From the human T2T-CHM13v2.0 reference genome, Homo sapiens: a stretch of 64,000 bases of DNA. Numbering within the stretch: the first letter of the stretch is position 1; each line of letters starts with the position of its first letter. The stretch lies in assembly GCF_009914755.1 (NCBI RefSeq), contig NC_060935.1; one strand, written 5' to 3'. The position numbers and the translations under genes were made by a program. The notes beneath the pieces were generated by a model. The model did no database searches. It had not been told where the DNA came from and saw only the letters and a list, made by a program, of their open reading frames with translations. Shown here piece by piece: positions 16,005-28,819 of the stretch.

Positions 16005-16750
16005 AATTCATTAGTTCAACTAAACACTTATGAAACATTAACTGTTTGCCAAGAATTGATTAGGGCACTGGGAGCCCCTGCTCTCGGGGAGCCCTGTGGG
16101 AGAAGGGTGTGCCAACAGCCAGTGTCATGTCATGTGGCCAGGGCTCTGATGAGGGTATGGATGCCAGCAGCTGGGGCGCACGGGGTGAGATGAGGGTGTG
16201 TGCCTCATATTATGTGGGAAATCATTAAAGGCTTCACAAAGGAGGAAGGCTTAGGAGGAGGAGAGTTTACCAGAGGAACAAGAGGAAAAGGGTGTTCCAG
16301 GCAGATGGATTAGAGGCTGGGGGAAGATCAGCACAAAAAGACCAGTAGGGAGTGTGGAAACAATCTGGATGTGAGATGCTGGGAGGAAGTGTACTGGAAT
16401 GATTGCAGCAGGAGTGGAGAGAGGAGGACGGATTGGAAATACTTTTAGGAGATGGAATTGGCTGGGCTGGATGATTGATGGGATGTGAGATATGGCCCAG
16501 GCAGAGTCAAGGATGGACTTTTGTTTCCAACTTGCATGACACTTGCACAGTGATGGGAAACCAGTGCGGAGGATCAGACTTAGGGGCAATACAGAGAATG
16601 CAGATTTGAGTGTGTGAGTTTGCTGAGTCTTGGAGGACCTTCAGGAGGAAGTAGCAGGATAAATTGATCTGGAGTTGAGGACAAAGGGCAAAATGGAGAC
16701 ACAGGCTTGGGAGTAATCCATGGGCAGATGACAGCCATTGGGAAATACGT
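16005..16750 (-). mobile_element. L2 fragment
   Basis: ATTCATTAGTTCAACTAAACACTTA at start; GAGTCAAGGATGGACTTTTG and downstream L2 antisense words. Confidence 0.6.
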
Positions 16751-17769
16751 CAGGCTCTGATGATGTCCTGTGAGGTCAGCAACCACGAGTGGGGAGGTTG
16801 CAAGGCCTGGCGCACAAAAGCCTTCGTTTCTGCTGGTCCATTTCTTCAAGTGTGTGTTTGTCAGGCCACCCTGCTGCCATTGCCACTGCTGTCACCCACC
16901 TCCCCTGCCTCTTGCTGCCCTGGCCCATCCCTACTCTGAGTGGCCACAGCATAGTCAGAGCCGAAAGATAAAAAGATGGCAAACAGAGCTCAGGTGGCCA
17001 GTGTCAGCATTGCAATGGCAATGCAGAGGAGCTCAGGCAGCCTGAACAATGGGGCCACTGTGTCACAGGCCTCCTGGGTGGAGGGGCTAGAAGTGGCCTG
17101 CTGCCAACTGCTGAAGGAGGTTTCTTCTGTCATTGAGGCGTTCAGCATGGCAGGATTTCTGAACTGGAGAAAGAATGAGTCCTTCACCATGGGTCTGAGG
17201 GCTGCAGGTGGCTTTTCCCATGTATTGTTTCAAAACACACTGTGGGCAAAGTGTGGCAGGAGAGAAGCCAGCCTGCTTCCTGCATCCTCTCTTCATGGGT
17301 TTCATTTCACTCTCCACAGGAAGACCCAGGCAGCAAGGGCTGGGGGCTTCTGTGCCAGGAGTTGTGGGCCCAGAAAAGGCTGGCACTAGGGGAGCGGGGG
17401 ACCCAAGGGACATTTGCACTGAATCCTGATGGCCCTGCCTCTCTAAGATTCAAGATGCTCCCATCTTCTGGGTGTCCAAAGCCGAGGTGGCAGGAGGGAG
17501 GCCTGGGCATGTGAAGTGGAAGCCTGTGCCCTCATCCTTCCTTCAGCTTTCCCACAAGGGGGACCACTAAGGCCAGCCCTGGGAGGTGTGATTTCCAGCC
17601 CCTGCCTCTGTATGTGGAGCATAGATTCCTTAAAGCAATTTCAGATGTGTGTTCGTCAGACTGAATCAGTTTTCTTTGTTCAACTTCAGACACATTGCCT
17701 ACTACTTCTTGGAAGAGATTGTTGCTTGAGAAGAAAAACTACTTCAGTTAGGAACAAGCTTTGCTAAGA

Positions 17770-17807
17770 TTTGTTGAATTTACCTGTCCTAAAAAACAAA
17801 AACAAAC

Positions 17808-17840
<33 letters not shown>

Positions 17841-18025
17841 CTAGCTATGGATGACAACTCCTTTGGCATCTCCCAGGCAGGTAAGGCACACCGAGCCTAA
17901 GGGACATGCCTCTGGTCCCTGCTGGTGATTGTCAGAGCAGGCCACTGAACGCTGTTAACCACTGTGATGGTTAATACTGAGTGTCAACCGTATTGTTCCT
18001 TCAAGAATTTAGGGTGTGTGTGCCT
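17770..18025 (+). repeat. Left arm of ~250 bp inverted duplication (includes (CA)n and first ~63 bp of MLT2A1 LTR)
   Basis: Reverse complement of 18660-18911; 7 substitutions counted over ~188 non-microsatellite bases. Confidence 0.95.
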
Positions 18026-18180
18026 TCACTCACCCCACCTTCTATTCACCCCACCATGAACCTTAAAGACACAGGCACCCACATATCCCACAGAGGATAC
18101 AATGGCCTAGAATTGTCTATTGGCCTGGCCAGGATGGGCTCTGGGGGCTGGACCAGGTGGAAGGCAGGATAGAGGCTGAT

Positions 18181-18722
18181 TGTATTAGTCAGGGTTCTCT
18201 AAAGGGACAAGACTAATAGATAGATGTATATATGAAGGGGAGTTTATTAAGGAGTGTTGACTCACGATAACAAAGTGAAGTCCCACAATAGGCCATCTGC
18301 AAGTGGAGGAGCAAGGAAGCCAGTCCAAATCCCCAAACCTCAAAAGTCGTAGGGAAGCCAAGAGGTCAGCCTTCTGTCTGTGGCTGAAGGCCTAAGAGCC
18401 CCTGGAAAACCACTGGTGTTAGTCCAACAGTCCCAAAGCTGAAGAGCTTAGAGTCCGATGTTCGAGGGCAGGAAGAATCCAGCATGGGAGAAAGATGAAA
18501 GCCGGAAGACTCAGCCAGTCTAGTCCTTCCGTGTCTTTCTGCCTGCTTTATCCTAGCAGTGCTGGCAGCTGATTAGATTGTGCTCACCTAGATTGAGGGT
18601 GGGTCTGCCTCTCCCAGTCCATTGACTCAAATGTTGATATCCTTTGGCAACACTCTCACAGGCACACACACCCTCAATACTTGAAGGAACAGTACGGTTG
18701 ACACTCAGTATTAACCATCACA
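18181..18722 (-). mobile_element. MLT2A1 (ERVL) solo LTR
   Basis: Minus strand starts TGTGATGGTTAATACTGAGTGTCAAC and ends AGAGAACCCTGACTAATACA; the body matches the recalled MLT2A consensus. Confidence 0.9.
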
Positions 18723-18911
18723 GTGGTTAAGAGCGTTCAGTGGCCTGCTCTGACAATCACCAGCAGGGACCAGAGGCATGTCCCTGAGGCTCGGTGTGCC
18801 TTACCTGTCTGGGAGATGCCAAAGGAGTTGTTATCCATAGCTAGTTGTGTGTGTGTGTATGGTTTCTTTTTTTTTTTTTTTTTTTTTTTAAGGACAGGTA
18901 TATTCAACAAA
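18660..18911 (-). repeat. Right arm of ~250 bp inverted duplication
   Basis: Reverse complement of 17770-18025. Confidence 0.95.
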
Positions 18912-19079
18912 CCTGGGGTAAAGCAGGTGGATCTACTTCCTGTCTACACACACCCTCCTGCCTCCCTGCACCACACATACACACAGTCAGAAGCTGCCAC
19001 CATTGGGCTCCCTTAACAAGTAGGGCTCCAGAGTACAATACAAGTTAAAATCTAAGATCGAGGAGGGGCAGCTTTTATG

Positions 19080-19260
19080 GGCTCTTACTGTGGGGCAGAC
19101 ACTTTGCTGTGGTATTTTACACCTTATTTATCTTTCGCAGAATTCTCTGCAGGGCAAGGATTCAGAGAGGCGAAGCTACTTGCCCAGAGTCACTCAGCTA
19201 GTAAGTGGTGGAGCCAGGATTTAAACTGTTCACTTAAGTGAACAGTTGAGGTCTGGTTCC
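19080..19260 (-). mobile_element. MIR carrying a 24 bp palindrome
   Basis: ACTTGCCCAGAGTCACTCAGCTAGTAAGTGGTGGAGCCAGGATTTAAAC. Confidence 0.75.
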
Positions 19261-22117
19261 CAGTGATAGCCTCTTGCTGTCTCCCCATGCTGCCTCTGAC
19301 AGAGCGTGACCACAACTGTGCACTTTGTCTTTGTCTGACCTCCTGCAGTCTTGGCTCCAGCCACACCTGTGTTTATCTGGCTGACTTGCTTTCAGCGCAA
19401 GCAAGATTTCTAATGTTCTCTCTTCCTTCTTGGATTCCTGTCACTCTTAGTTTTCAAGTCAGCTCAGTATCCAGAGTGTTGTCCTCAGAACTCCCCCTTT
19501 AGCTAACTCCCTGTCCCGTACCGTTTCTGATGAACTGGTGATTTCTCTGACTCTGTCTTAGACATTATGTTCACTTTCCACTTTCCAGCTACCAGTTCTC
19601 CACTTAGTTCAGGGTCATATTCACAACTGTCCTCTCCATCTCCAGCTGGAGGAAGCTGGCACTTACCCAGGGGCTGACCTGGCAAGTGTCTCAAGTCTGT
19701 GTCCTGTGTGGGTTTAGGACACAAGTCAGCTACCAATGGCTGTTTGTTTTTCCATGTCTGAAGAGAAACACCTTGGGGTAATGGGATAGCCGCTGAGTCA
19801 GGGCTCCAGTGCTGGGTGAGAAAGTTCCCTTTGGACCGAACTAGCTGAACTAATGTTAGAAATATCCGCTTATTCCCATTTCTGGGCCCTCGGCAGTGCG
19901 TTTTCTATTTCCCCACATCTATTTCTGCATGCATTTTATTTCCCCACATTTGTCTCTGAGTTTGGACCAGAGAGTTTGACCCTTCTCCAATCCTACTCTT
20001 ATCCTTGTTGAGAGACTTCCAAGTATGGCCCCGGCTGCTGCTGGTCCATGATATTGTCTCTTGGGCCATGGAAAGAACTAGCAATAAGCTGATGATTGAC
20101 ACTCTCCCTACATGTCTCCCCCTACCTTCCTGCCCAGCCTGGTGCAGCTGCAGGATCGGGCTGTGGGTGTGTTACAGATGCATTTGGTAACCGTCTCCTC
20201 TCTCCTCTCACCCCTCGCCCCTCCACGCCATGGCTTCCCTCTGCAATATCTGCAACTCTCTGCCCAAGGAGGAGGCTGGAAGTACTGGGGAGCTGAGGCC
20301 CCTGGGAGCAGCCATCAGCCAGTGATGGACGGTCATTGGAGGATAAACACCCGGCTTCCTATTCCTCTGGTGGGGCAGCCGTGAAGTGTGTTCCGCATTA
20401 TCAGGTGCCCCCAGTGAGCGTCCCCCCAGTTTCTCACAACAGCAGCTTGCTCATTTGCTCACCCGGAGTTGACTCTCCTCTTCTCCCTGTCTTATTTCCT
20501 CACTCCCCTAGATGAACTGTACCAACTACTTGTACTCAAATCCTTAGAGTCTGCTTCTTGTGGGGAGGGGAGTCCAACCTACCACAGGGTCCTACAGCCA
20601 ATGTCCTTGATGGCTCCAGCTTCCATTCGGTGCCTTTTCAATGGGACCACAGTTCACAAACTCCCACGGTGGTTTCAGGACTGAGGGCACATACCAAAAC
20701 TCCAGTGAGCGTGGGAGGAAAAAAAAAATATATTGTTTAACATAGGCATCTTTCATGGAAGCAAGTTATGGAGCTAATAATACTGATAGTTTCAATGGAC
20801 CAAATTAAATTATGCTTCCCATCTTGTGTCTTAATTAAAGGGATAAAAACTGTTTCACATTTTAATTAGCAAGTAAGTCTTGAAAAGACTGAAATTAATA
20901 TGGGAGTCATCACCATAGGAGAGTAGCCCTCTGCCAAGATTCATAAGGCCAGAGAGAGCACAGAGAACGGAATGGGATTCTGGCAGGAATGAGAGCAGCC
21001 ACTGCTGGAACTCAAAAACTTTGGTTTCTTGAATTTTCTGAAAGGATAAAAGCAGGAACCTGGTAGAAGGCATGCCATTTCCTTTTCTAGAGAGGTCCAC
21101 TTTCTCCATGTGAATCTTCTTTAAGACACTTAAACATCGCATCTAGAGACTATGAGAGTATAGAGGATGGTGGGGACAGAGAATGCCTGCTAATGACAGC
21201 TCTGCCTTGCTTCGCCCATCTCCTGGGATGTGAGTTCCTGGAGTTTCTGGAAGCCTTGTTGGCAGAGCCTGAAAACAAGGGGTTCTGCCTCACAGTTGTC
21301 TCAAGTCCGTGTCCTGTGCAGGTTTAGGAGAGGAGCCAGCGCTGATGGCTGTTTGTTTTCCCTCTGTCTGAAGAGAAAAACGGTGTGGGAGCAAGGCTTG
21401 CATGCTGCTACTGAGTGTTCAAGTCCTTCCACAGCCCTGTTGGCACATTTGTTTATTTTTTTTAGTTTGACTTTAAAAAATTTCACAAGTAACACATACT
21501 TGGGAAAAACAATTTGAAAATATATATGCAAAGACGAAAGAAACAAAACAAAAACGTAATCCCATCACTTCAGATAACGTGTTGATTTCCTCTTCAGGTC
21601 TGGCCCCGGCCCTGGTCCCGCTGCCCCTCCACCCCCATGTATCTGTATGTATTAGCAGTTATATCTGCTAATGTATCTGCAGATAACGTGGGGGTGGCGG
21701 GGTCGGGGAGTGGGGTCTGGCGCTCACATTCTCCTGCAACTGCTGTTTCTAAACGCTTGCTCCAATCTCCATTTGTAATTCGCTCTCACGTCTTCCCGTG
21801 GCTCCTGCTGGCTCTTCCAGCCTATTCTGATTCACTCCATTTCAACCATGAGCAAGCCCCACCTCCTTCATTTCCTAGAGGCAAGTTAATACAAGTCTGT
21901 TGTACAATGACCTGTATTAAAGGGTTTGGGTAAAACGGAATTGCAGCTGGAAAATGGAAGATTAGACAACATTATTCCTGCCACTCTCAGCTGAGCCCAA
22001 GGTCCTGCTACCAGATTTCTTGGCTCTGCCCCCTCTCCCCAGACTCTCCTCCCATCTTCTCACTTCTTGGTTGTCCCATGTTCCCCAGAACACCTTTCTC
22101 TTGGGTGCCCAGGGGAT

Positions 22118-22648
22118 CGTGAGAGGCGTTTGAACCAGAACAGCTCCATCTTGAATAGGGCCTGGGTAAGATAAGGCTTGAGACCTGCTTGGCTGCACGT
22201 CCAGGAGGCTAAAGCATTCTAAGTCACAGGATGAGATAGGACGTTGGCACAAGCTGCAGGTCATAAAGACCTTGCTGATAAAACAGACTTCAGTAAAGAA
22301 GCCGGCTAAAACCCACCAAAACCAGCATGGCGACAAGAGTGACCTCTGTTCATCCTCACTGCTGCATTCCCACCAGCACTATGACAGTTTACAAATGCCA
22401 TGGCAACATCAGGAAGTTACTCTGTATGGCTTAAAAAGGGGCGGCACTGATAATCCATTCCTTGTTTAGCATTTAATCAAGAAATAACCATAAAAATGGG
22501 CTCTGTCTATGGAGTAGCCATTCTTTCATTCCTTTACTTTCCTAATGAACTTGCTTTCACTTTACTGTATGGATTTGCCTCATTCTTTCTTGTGCGAGAT
22601 CCAAGAACCTTGTCTTGAGGTCTGGATCAGGACCTCTTTCCAATAACA
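22118..22648 (+). mobile_element. MER41A (ERV1) solo LTR
   Basis: GAGAGGCGTTTGAACCAGA...CTCCATCTTGAATAGG...TTTCCAATAACA; 4 bp TSD GGAT/GGAC; lacks the MER41B tandem GAS segment. Confidence 0.88.
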
Positions 22649-23590
22649 GGACCACTCTAGAGATCCTATTACTTTGTTGTGCTAAGTAATTTAGTTTTCT
22701 TTTTGTCTCAATGTCTTATATATAGACTAGCCCATGGCCTTCCCTATCATAGCCAAAAGGCCAGGGATTTTCTGAATCAAATAGACATCTACTATAGAGA
22801 TGAATTTGCCATCCTTCTGGAAGGCAGAAATAGTGGAGTTTTTAATTTTATTTATTTTATTTTATTATTTTTTCCTTCCCATGAAATAAAAAAGCCTTTA
22901 GTGACTATTCTTTAAATTGGTGTGTGAGATGGCATGCACAACCTCTGAACAATATTTTGGACTTAGTTCTTAGAAGTGAAAGTCTAGGTGAGGAAATATG
23001 ACCAATTTCAAGGCAATCTGCTGAATGGCCATGCAGAAGAAGGGCTCACCCTCCCTCCTGCAGCATGAAGTGAGAGCCTGTTTCCTCTTATCCTGACTAG
23101 CTTTGGATAATATAATTTACAGGAGAAAAGAATTATCCCCTTTGACAGGTACAAGTCATGCCTGCATGTTGATGTAATTTGGAAAGCTGTTTTGAACTGA
23201 GTGTGGTCAGAGCCTGGGAAGCCTGAGCCCTCTATGGAAACCCATGTGTCACCTTTTTCCCAACAGGCTTCCAAATGGAATCTTAAATTCTGCACGGCCA
23301 TTTATCAGAGTTTCCAAATGCCACTTTCCAATTTGCATCAGATCTTTTCTACATATTAATATGATTATGTTACTAAGGTATATGTTTTTGCTGTTCTACC
23401 AAATTTGTGTTTGAAACACTAATGAGCCTACAAGGTGAGCTAGCTCCCTGGGGAAAAGGATTCATTTGCTTCTACTTGTGGATCATGAGGGCGTCCTGAG
23501 AGGGGCACGTGGAGTCAGAATAGTCTCTGGCAGTCCACTCTTTGTCTTCTGCTACCTCTGCTGCTAAATGTTGGGTCCGGCCCAATTCTT

Positions 23591-23883
23591 TTTTTTTCTT
23601 TGAGATGGAGTTTAGCTCTTTTGCCCAAGCTGCAGTGCAGTGGCACGAGCTCGGCTCACTGCAACCCCTCCACCTTCTGGTTTCAAGTGATTCTCCTGCT
23701 TCAGCCTCCCAAGTAGCTGGGATTACAGGTGTGTGCCACCACGCCCGGCTAATTTTTGTGTTTTTAGTAGAGACAGGGTTTCACCATATTGGCCAGGCTG
23801 GTTTCGAACTCCTGACCTCGTGATCTGCCCACCTCGGCCTCCCAAAGTGCTGGGATTACAGGTGTGAGCCACCGTGTCTGGCC
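23591..23883 (-). mobile_element. AluS (Sg-like)
   Basis: Full dimer; TSD CCGGCCCAATTCTT (23577-23590) / CCAGCCCAATTCTT (23884-23897). Confidence 0.93.
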
Positions 23884-23935
23884 CCAGCCCAATTCTTGAC
23901 CTCTACCTTCTCTTGCTCTGGGCAAGGCCTGCTAG

Positions 23936-24656
<721 letters not shown>

Positions 24657-26026
24657 CGCCCAGGAGTTTTGTTGGCGGTGGGATCCAGGACCCAGATCTA
24701 AGTTAGGAGTCTTTGCAGAGGTGATTCAGGCCAGTGAGAGCCTGATGGTCAAACTATAGTCCAAGTTCTTAGAGAAAACTTTTCCCAGTCTCTGAACAAC
24801 TACATTGCTTTGTCCTACAGGGGCCTGTTGTGGGTGCCTTTGAGTGTCATTCCTGGAGCAGGCTTCCAACTCTGAACAGTGGTTTGGACTCTAAAACAAG
24901 CTTCTGGAGCATATACTGCCACCCATTCTGTCCTCTCTGCTCCTGCTCTTCCCAAGGCCTGAGCATGAAGACAGATGTCACTACCAGTTGGGTCACTACC
25001 GGTTGGACCTTAGGGATGCGGGGTTTGTTTTGCCCACTGTAAACTGAAGGCAGTGCAATGGCTTGACCATGGGCCTGTCCTGCTGACCATGGGGCCCCCT
25101 GCTTGGTGTCAGTGCTGCCTCAGACCTTTACATAAGCCTTTCCTTACCCAGTCATTCACGAGGACCTGCCATCCCTTGAAGGGGAGCCACAGCCCCCAGG
25201 ATGTCAGCCCAGGGTAGGCAACCTGGACTCCCCTTATTCATCCCCAGCCTGCTTCCACCCCAGACCCCCCTTTTGCCCCATTCTGAATTCTTGACTCCAC
25301 ATTCTGATTTTGATTCAGCGTTTTGAGACTTAGGACTTGGCATGTGTGCTTTGTCTTTCAGGATCTAAGCTTTCTCTGGAACTCTGATGGGCATCTGTTT
25401 TTCAGCTTTTCATGCTCCAAGATGCTGCAAGTGGCAATTCCTGTCTGGGCTCAGCCCTGGGCCCTCAGTCAGGGCCTCTGCAAGGCCAATGCCAGGCTTC
25501 CCTCATGTGCAGGGGTGCTTAGCAGGGGTGGCATGGAGAGGAAAGGTGAAAGAATCCCCTCAGCTCTGTGTCAGAGAAGCTGAATGCAACCCGTGGACAG
25601 TGGGTCGATAGCTAACTAGCCCATCCTTCCAAATCCTCATGCCCATCCTTCCAAAGGTACAGATGATCAATGAAGAAAAAACCAGAGGCATAATCTCCCC
25701 TTTCCTGCCCTATCTGTCAGGCCACACCCCCATGACAGGAACCTCACACAGCTTGGGCCTGCTCCTGCCTGCCCCAGCCCTTCTCAGCAGCAGACATCAA
25801 AGCTCTTCACCATCAAGACCCTGGATCCTCTGTGACCAGAGGGCATTTGAAACTTCAGCCAATTCTCCAAGTTGAAGAAGGAGGGTTTTGAGCTTCTATC
25901 ATCAGTATGCAGTTCCTAAGGAGAGGCTCGGGCTCTTAATCACTGACCCAGGACCAGCCTCAGCCCAAAGCCAGTGGATGGCTGGTGTTTCCTGGTTTGA
26001 CCTTAATTCTTATCAGCAGTAGAGCC

Positions 26027-26850
26027 TGTATTTGTTTTCCAGGGTTTCCACAATAAATTACCACAAACTGGGTGTCTTAAAACAATCAAAATCTATTCTT
26101 TCGATTATGGAGGCCAGAAGTTCAAACCCAAGATGTTGGTAGGGTTGGTAGAGTTGGTTCCTTCTGGAGGTTCTGAAGGAGATGTTTCTTCTCTAGTTTC
26201 TGGCAGCTGCAGCAATCCAGGGTGCTCCTTGGTTTGTAGACGTGTCATTCCAACCTCTGTGTCTGTCATCACATCACCTTCTCCTCTGCGTGTCTCATCT
26301 CCCCTTCTCTTCTAAGGACACAGTTCATTGAATTTAGGGCTCACCCAGGTAATCCAGGATGATCTAATCTGGAGATCTGTCTTTGTTTGTGTTGCTATAA
26401 CAAAAGACCACAGACTGGGTAATTTATAAATAATAGCAATTTATTTCTCACCGTTCAGAAAGAAGTACAGGATCAAGTAGCCAGCAGATTCAGCGTCTAT
26501 GAGGTCTACTGTCTCTGCTTGCAAGATGGCACCAAGTTGCTGCATTCTCTAGAGGGGATGAACACTGTGTCCTACATGGCAGAAGGTGGAAGGGCAAAAA
26601 AGGGGCAGACTCCCTCCTTCAAGCCCTTTTATCAGGGCACCTAATCTCATTCACGGGGACAGAGGTCTTATGACTCAATCACCTCCTAAAGGCCACATTT
26701 CTTAATACTGTTGCATTGGGGATTAAGTTTCAAAATACATTTTGGAGGGCACTAAATGTTCAAACCATAGGAAGCTCCTTAACTAATTACATCTGTAAAG
26801 GCCTTTTTTTCCCCACCAAATGAGGTCCCATTCACAGGTTCTAGGGGCTC
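26027..26850 (-). mobile_element. MLT1B/C-type MaLR LTR split by a nested MST LTR
   Basis: TACCACAAACTGGGTGTCTTAAAACAA...GGAGGCCAGAAGTTC; resumes after the insertion with CTTAACTAATTACATCTGTAAAG. Confidence 0.8.
26378..26772 (-). mobile_element. MST-type MaLR LTR nested in MLT1
   Basis: TGTCTT...GCTATAACAAAAGACCACAGACTGGGTAATTTATAA...CAAACCATAGGA; 5 bp TSD AGATC/AGCTC. Confidence 0.8.
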
Positions 26851-28819
26851 TGGCCCTTTGCTGATTTCTTGCTCCAGCCTGTGAGCCTGGCTAACCTTAT
26901 TTAGCTCCAAATCTCACTCACGTCTGAGTTCCTCCAGCAATACCTTCTCTATTTGTTGACCAAATTCTGCCCTGAATGTCAGAATTAATTCGAGTTTATT
27001 ATACCCCATTAGACACAGAATAATGAAACACTGGACTCTGGCTGGCAAAATCAGGACACAGGCAGTGGCTCAGGGCAAGGGCGTGTGCTCTGGCGTGAGA
27101 CAAATCTTGGTTCTTGGCTCCAACACTCACTCCCATTTCTGAGTCTTGGTTTCCTCAGCTGTAAAATGGGTTTGGATGATGATGCTTTTCTCAAGGTTGG
27201 TGCATATGTGCACAAGGCCCAGGGCATGAAGGATGGCATAGGGGTTTCTTGCCCGTTCCCTTCCTTTCTCTTTTTCCCATCCACCCTATGGAGTAAGTGT
27301 CTTTGTTACTACAGAAAAAAGAGGCAGGGTCCACAATGTGGTAATATTGTAATGTGTTAATGTCACAGAGTTATGCTTAAGAGGAAAAGATTTCCCTCCC
27401 ACTCCTGGTACGAAGTAAGAAATAAGATAGAACTAGAAATCTATGGCCCAGGACCCTGAGAATTCAGAGCAGGGTGAAAAGATCAAGGCATTTCTGGAAA
27501 GAGAGAGAAGTGGCACCTCATTAGTCATTCAAGACAGATTCTGTGTGAAGTGTTTACTCTTATAATACAGCACCTGCAGAACTTTCCAGAATTTACAGGC
27601 ATAACTAAAGGGCTGCAGGCAGGAAGTGCTCAGTGTCTTAATTCTGTCTCCTCCTAATTTCTTCTTGTGGACCAGCACTCTTTGTCCTAGCTTCCTCTCT
27701 TGCACACCAAGCCACTGCTAAGTCAAAGCTTGCCTTTTGATCCCATGATAGCACAGAAATCAAATACTCCCAACATCCCCTTATCCTCCTATGAACAGGC
27801 CAATGCAGCGCCCCATGTGCCAACCTTAAAAGCCACAGTTGCAATGACTGGCAGGAAGGATGATGATTAACACAGTTATTGAGTGAACAGTTGGGGTGAG
27901 GGTGAAGTTTAATCATTGGTTAGTTTTAATTGCAGTCTATCTCTGATTATGAGCATCACACAGTGCATATTTTCAGTCATGTCTACTTTAAAGCAAAATT
28001 GAGAAATAAGAAGGCTTATCATTGTCTGACAGTCACTATGGATTTCTGTGATGGGTGAGTTTAGTTTAAGCTAGTCACAGTTGACAATGAATATGCAAAC
28101 AGATTCTAATGAAGACCTTTTCTCATCTCCCTACCTCATTGTATTATGCCACATTGCAGAGTGTGAGTATCTCTCTCCCATGCGCAACCCTGAGTGCCTG
28201 CTGGCCTGTCCCCAGGTTGCCTTCCCCAATCTTCCAAGATTATTCAGAGCTCAAATCCCTTAGATCTAAGCCCAGGTCAGCTTTTCTTCACAAGCGAGAG
28301 AGCATCCACTCGCACAGCCCTCTGATTAATTACTCGAGTTCTGCCAAGGGCCTTTTTGTGGATGGATGGGGGAGAGCATGTATCCCTTTAAACATGCTTA
28401 ATTAAGCTGGGTGAAACACTGGACTCCTTAGCAACGGGCTGGGCCTTGAAGCAAGTCTTGTGGCATATTTGCACAAGATGCTCTGTGTTTGCCCATTTGA
28501 AATGGGATCGATCTATCTGGAGGATGCCTCCATGTCTTGTACTAGGACATTCTTCCTTGGCACAGCAATATGGCCCTCCCTAGGACTCTCCTTATAGATG
28601 AGCTGTGATTCTACTATTCAGAGAGGTTGGCCGGCTGCCTCCAAGCAAGGGATACAAGATGTACAGGTAATAGTGATGCTATTCAGAAGTGATATTTGAC
28701 ATATTTAATAACAGGGACAGCACAGGCTCTGGCCAGTCAGAACAAGCAACAGCCATAAACCACAGATAGAGCTGTTCTGGTAGGTACTTGCTGAATATCA
28801 GCTGTGGAAAAAGTTAGAG

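Noticed and set aside
22118-22648. MER41 as an interferon-inducible enhancer
   Set aside because: This is the MER41A form and lacks the tandem GAS/STAT1 segment of MER41B.
25619-25655. 15 bp direct repeat GCCCATCCTTCCAAA
   Set aside because: Ordinary small slippage duplication with no further structure.
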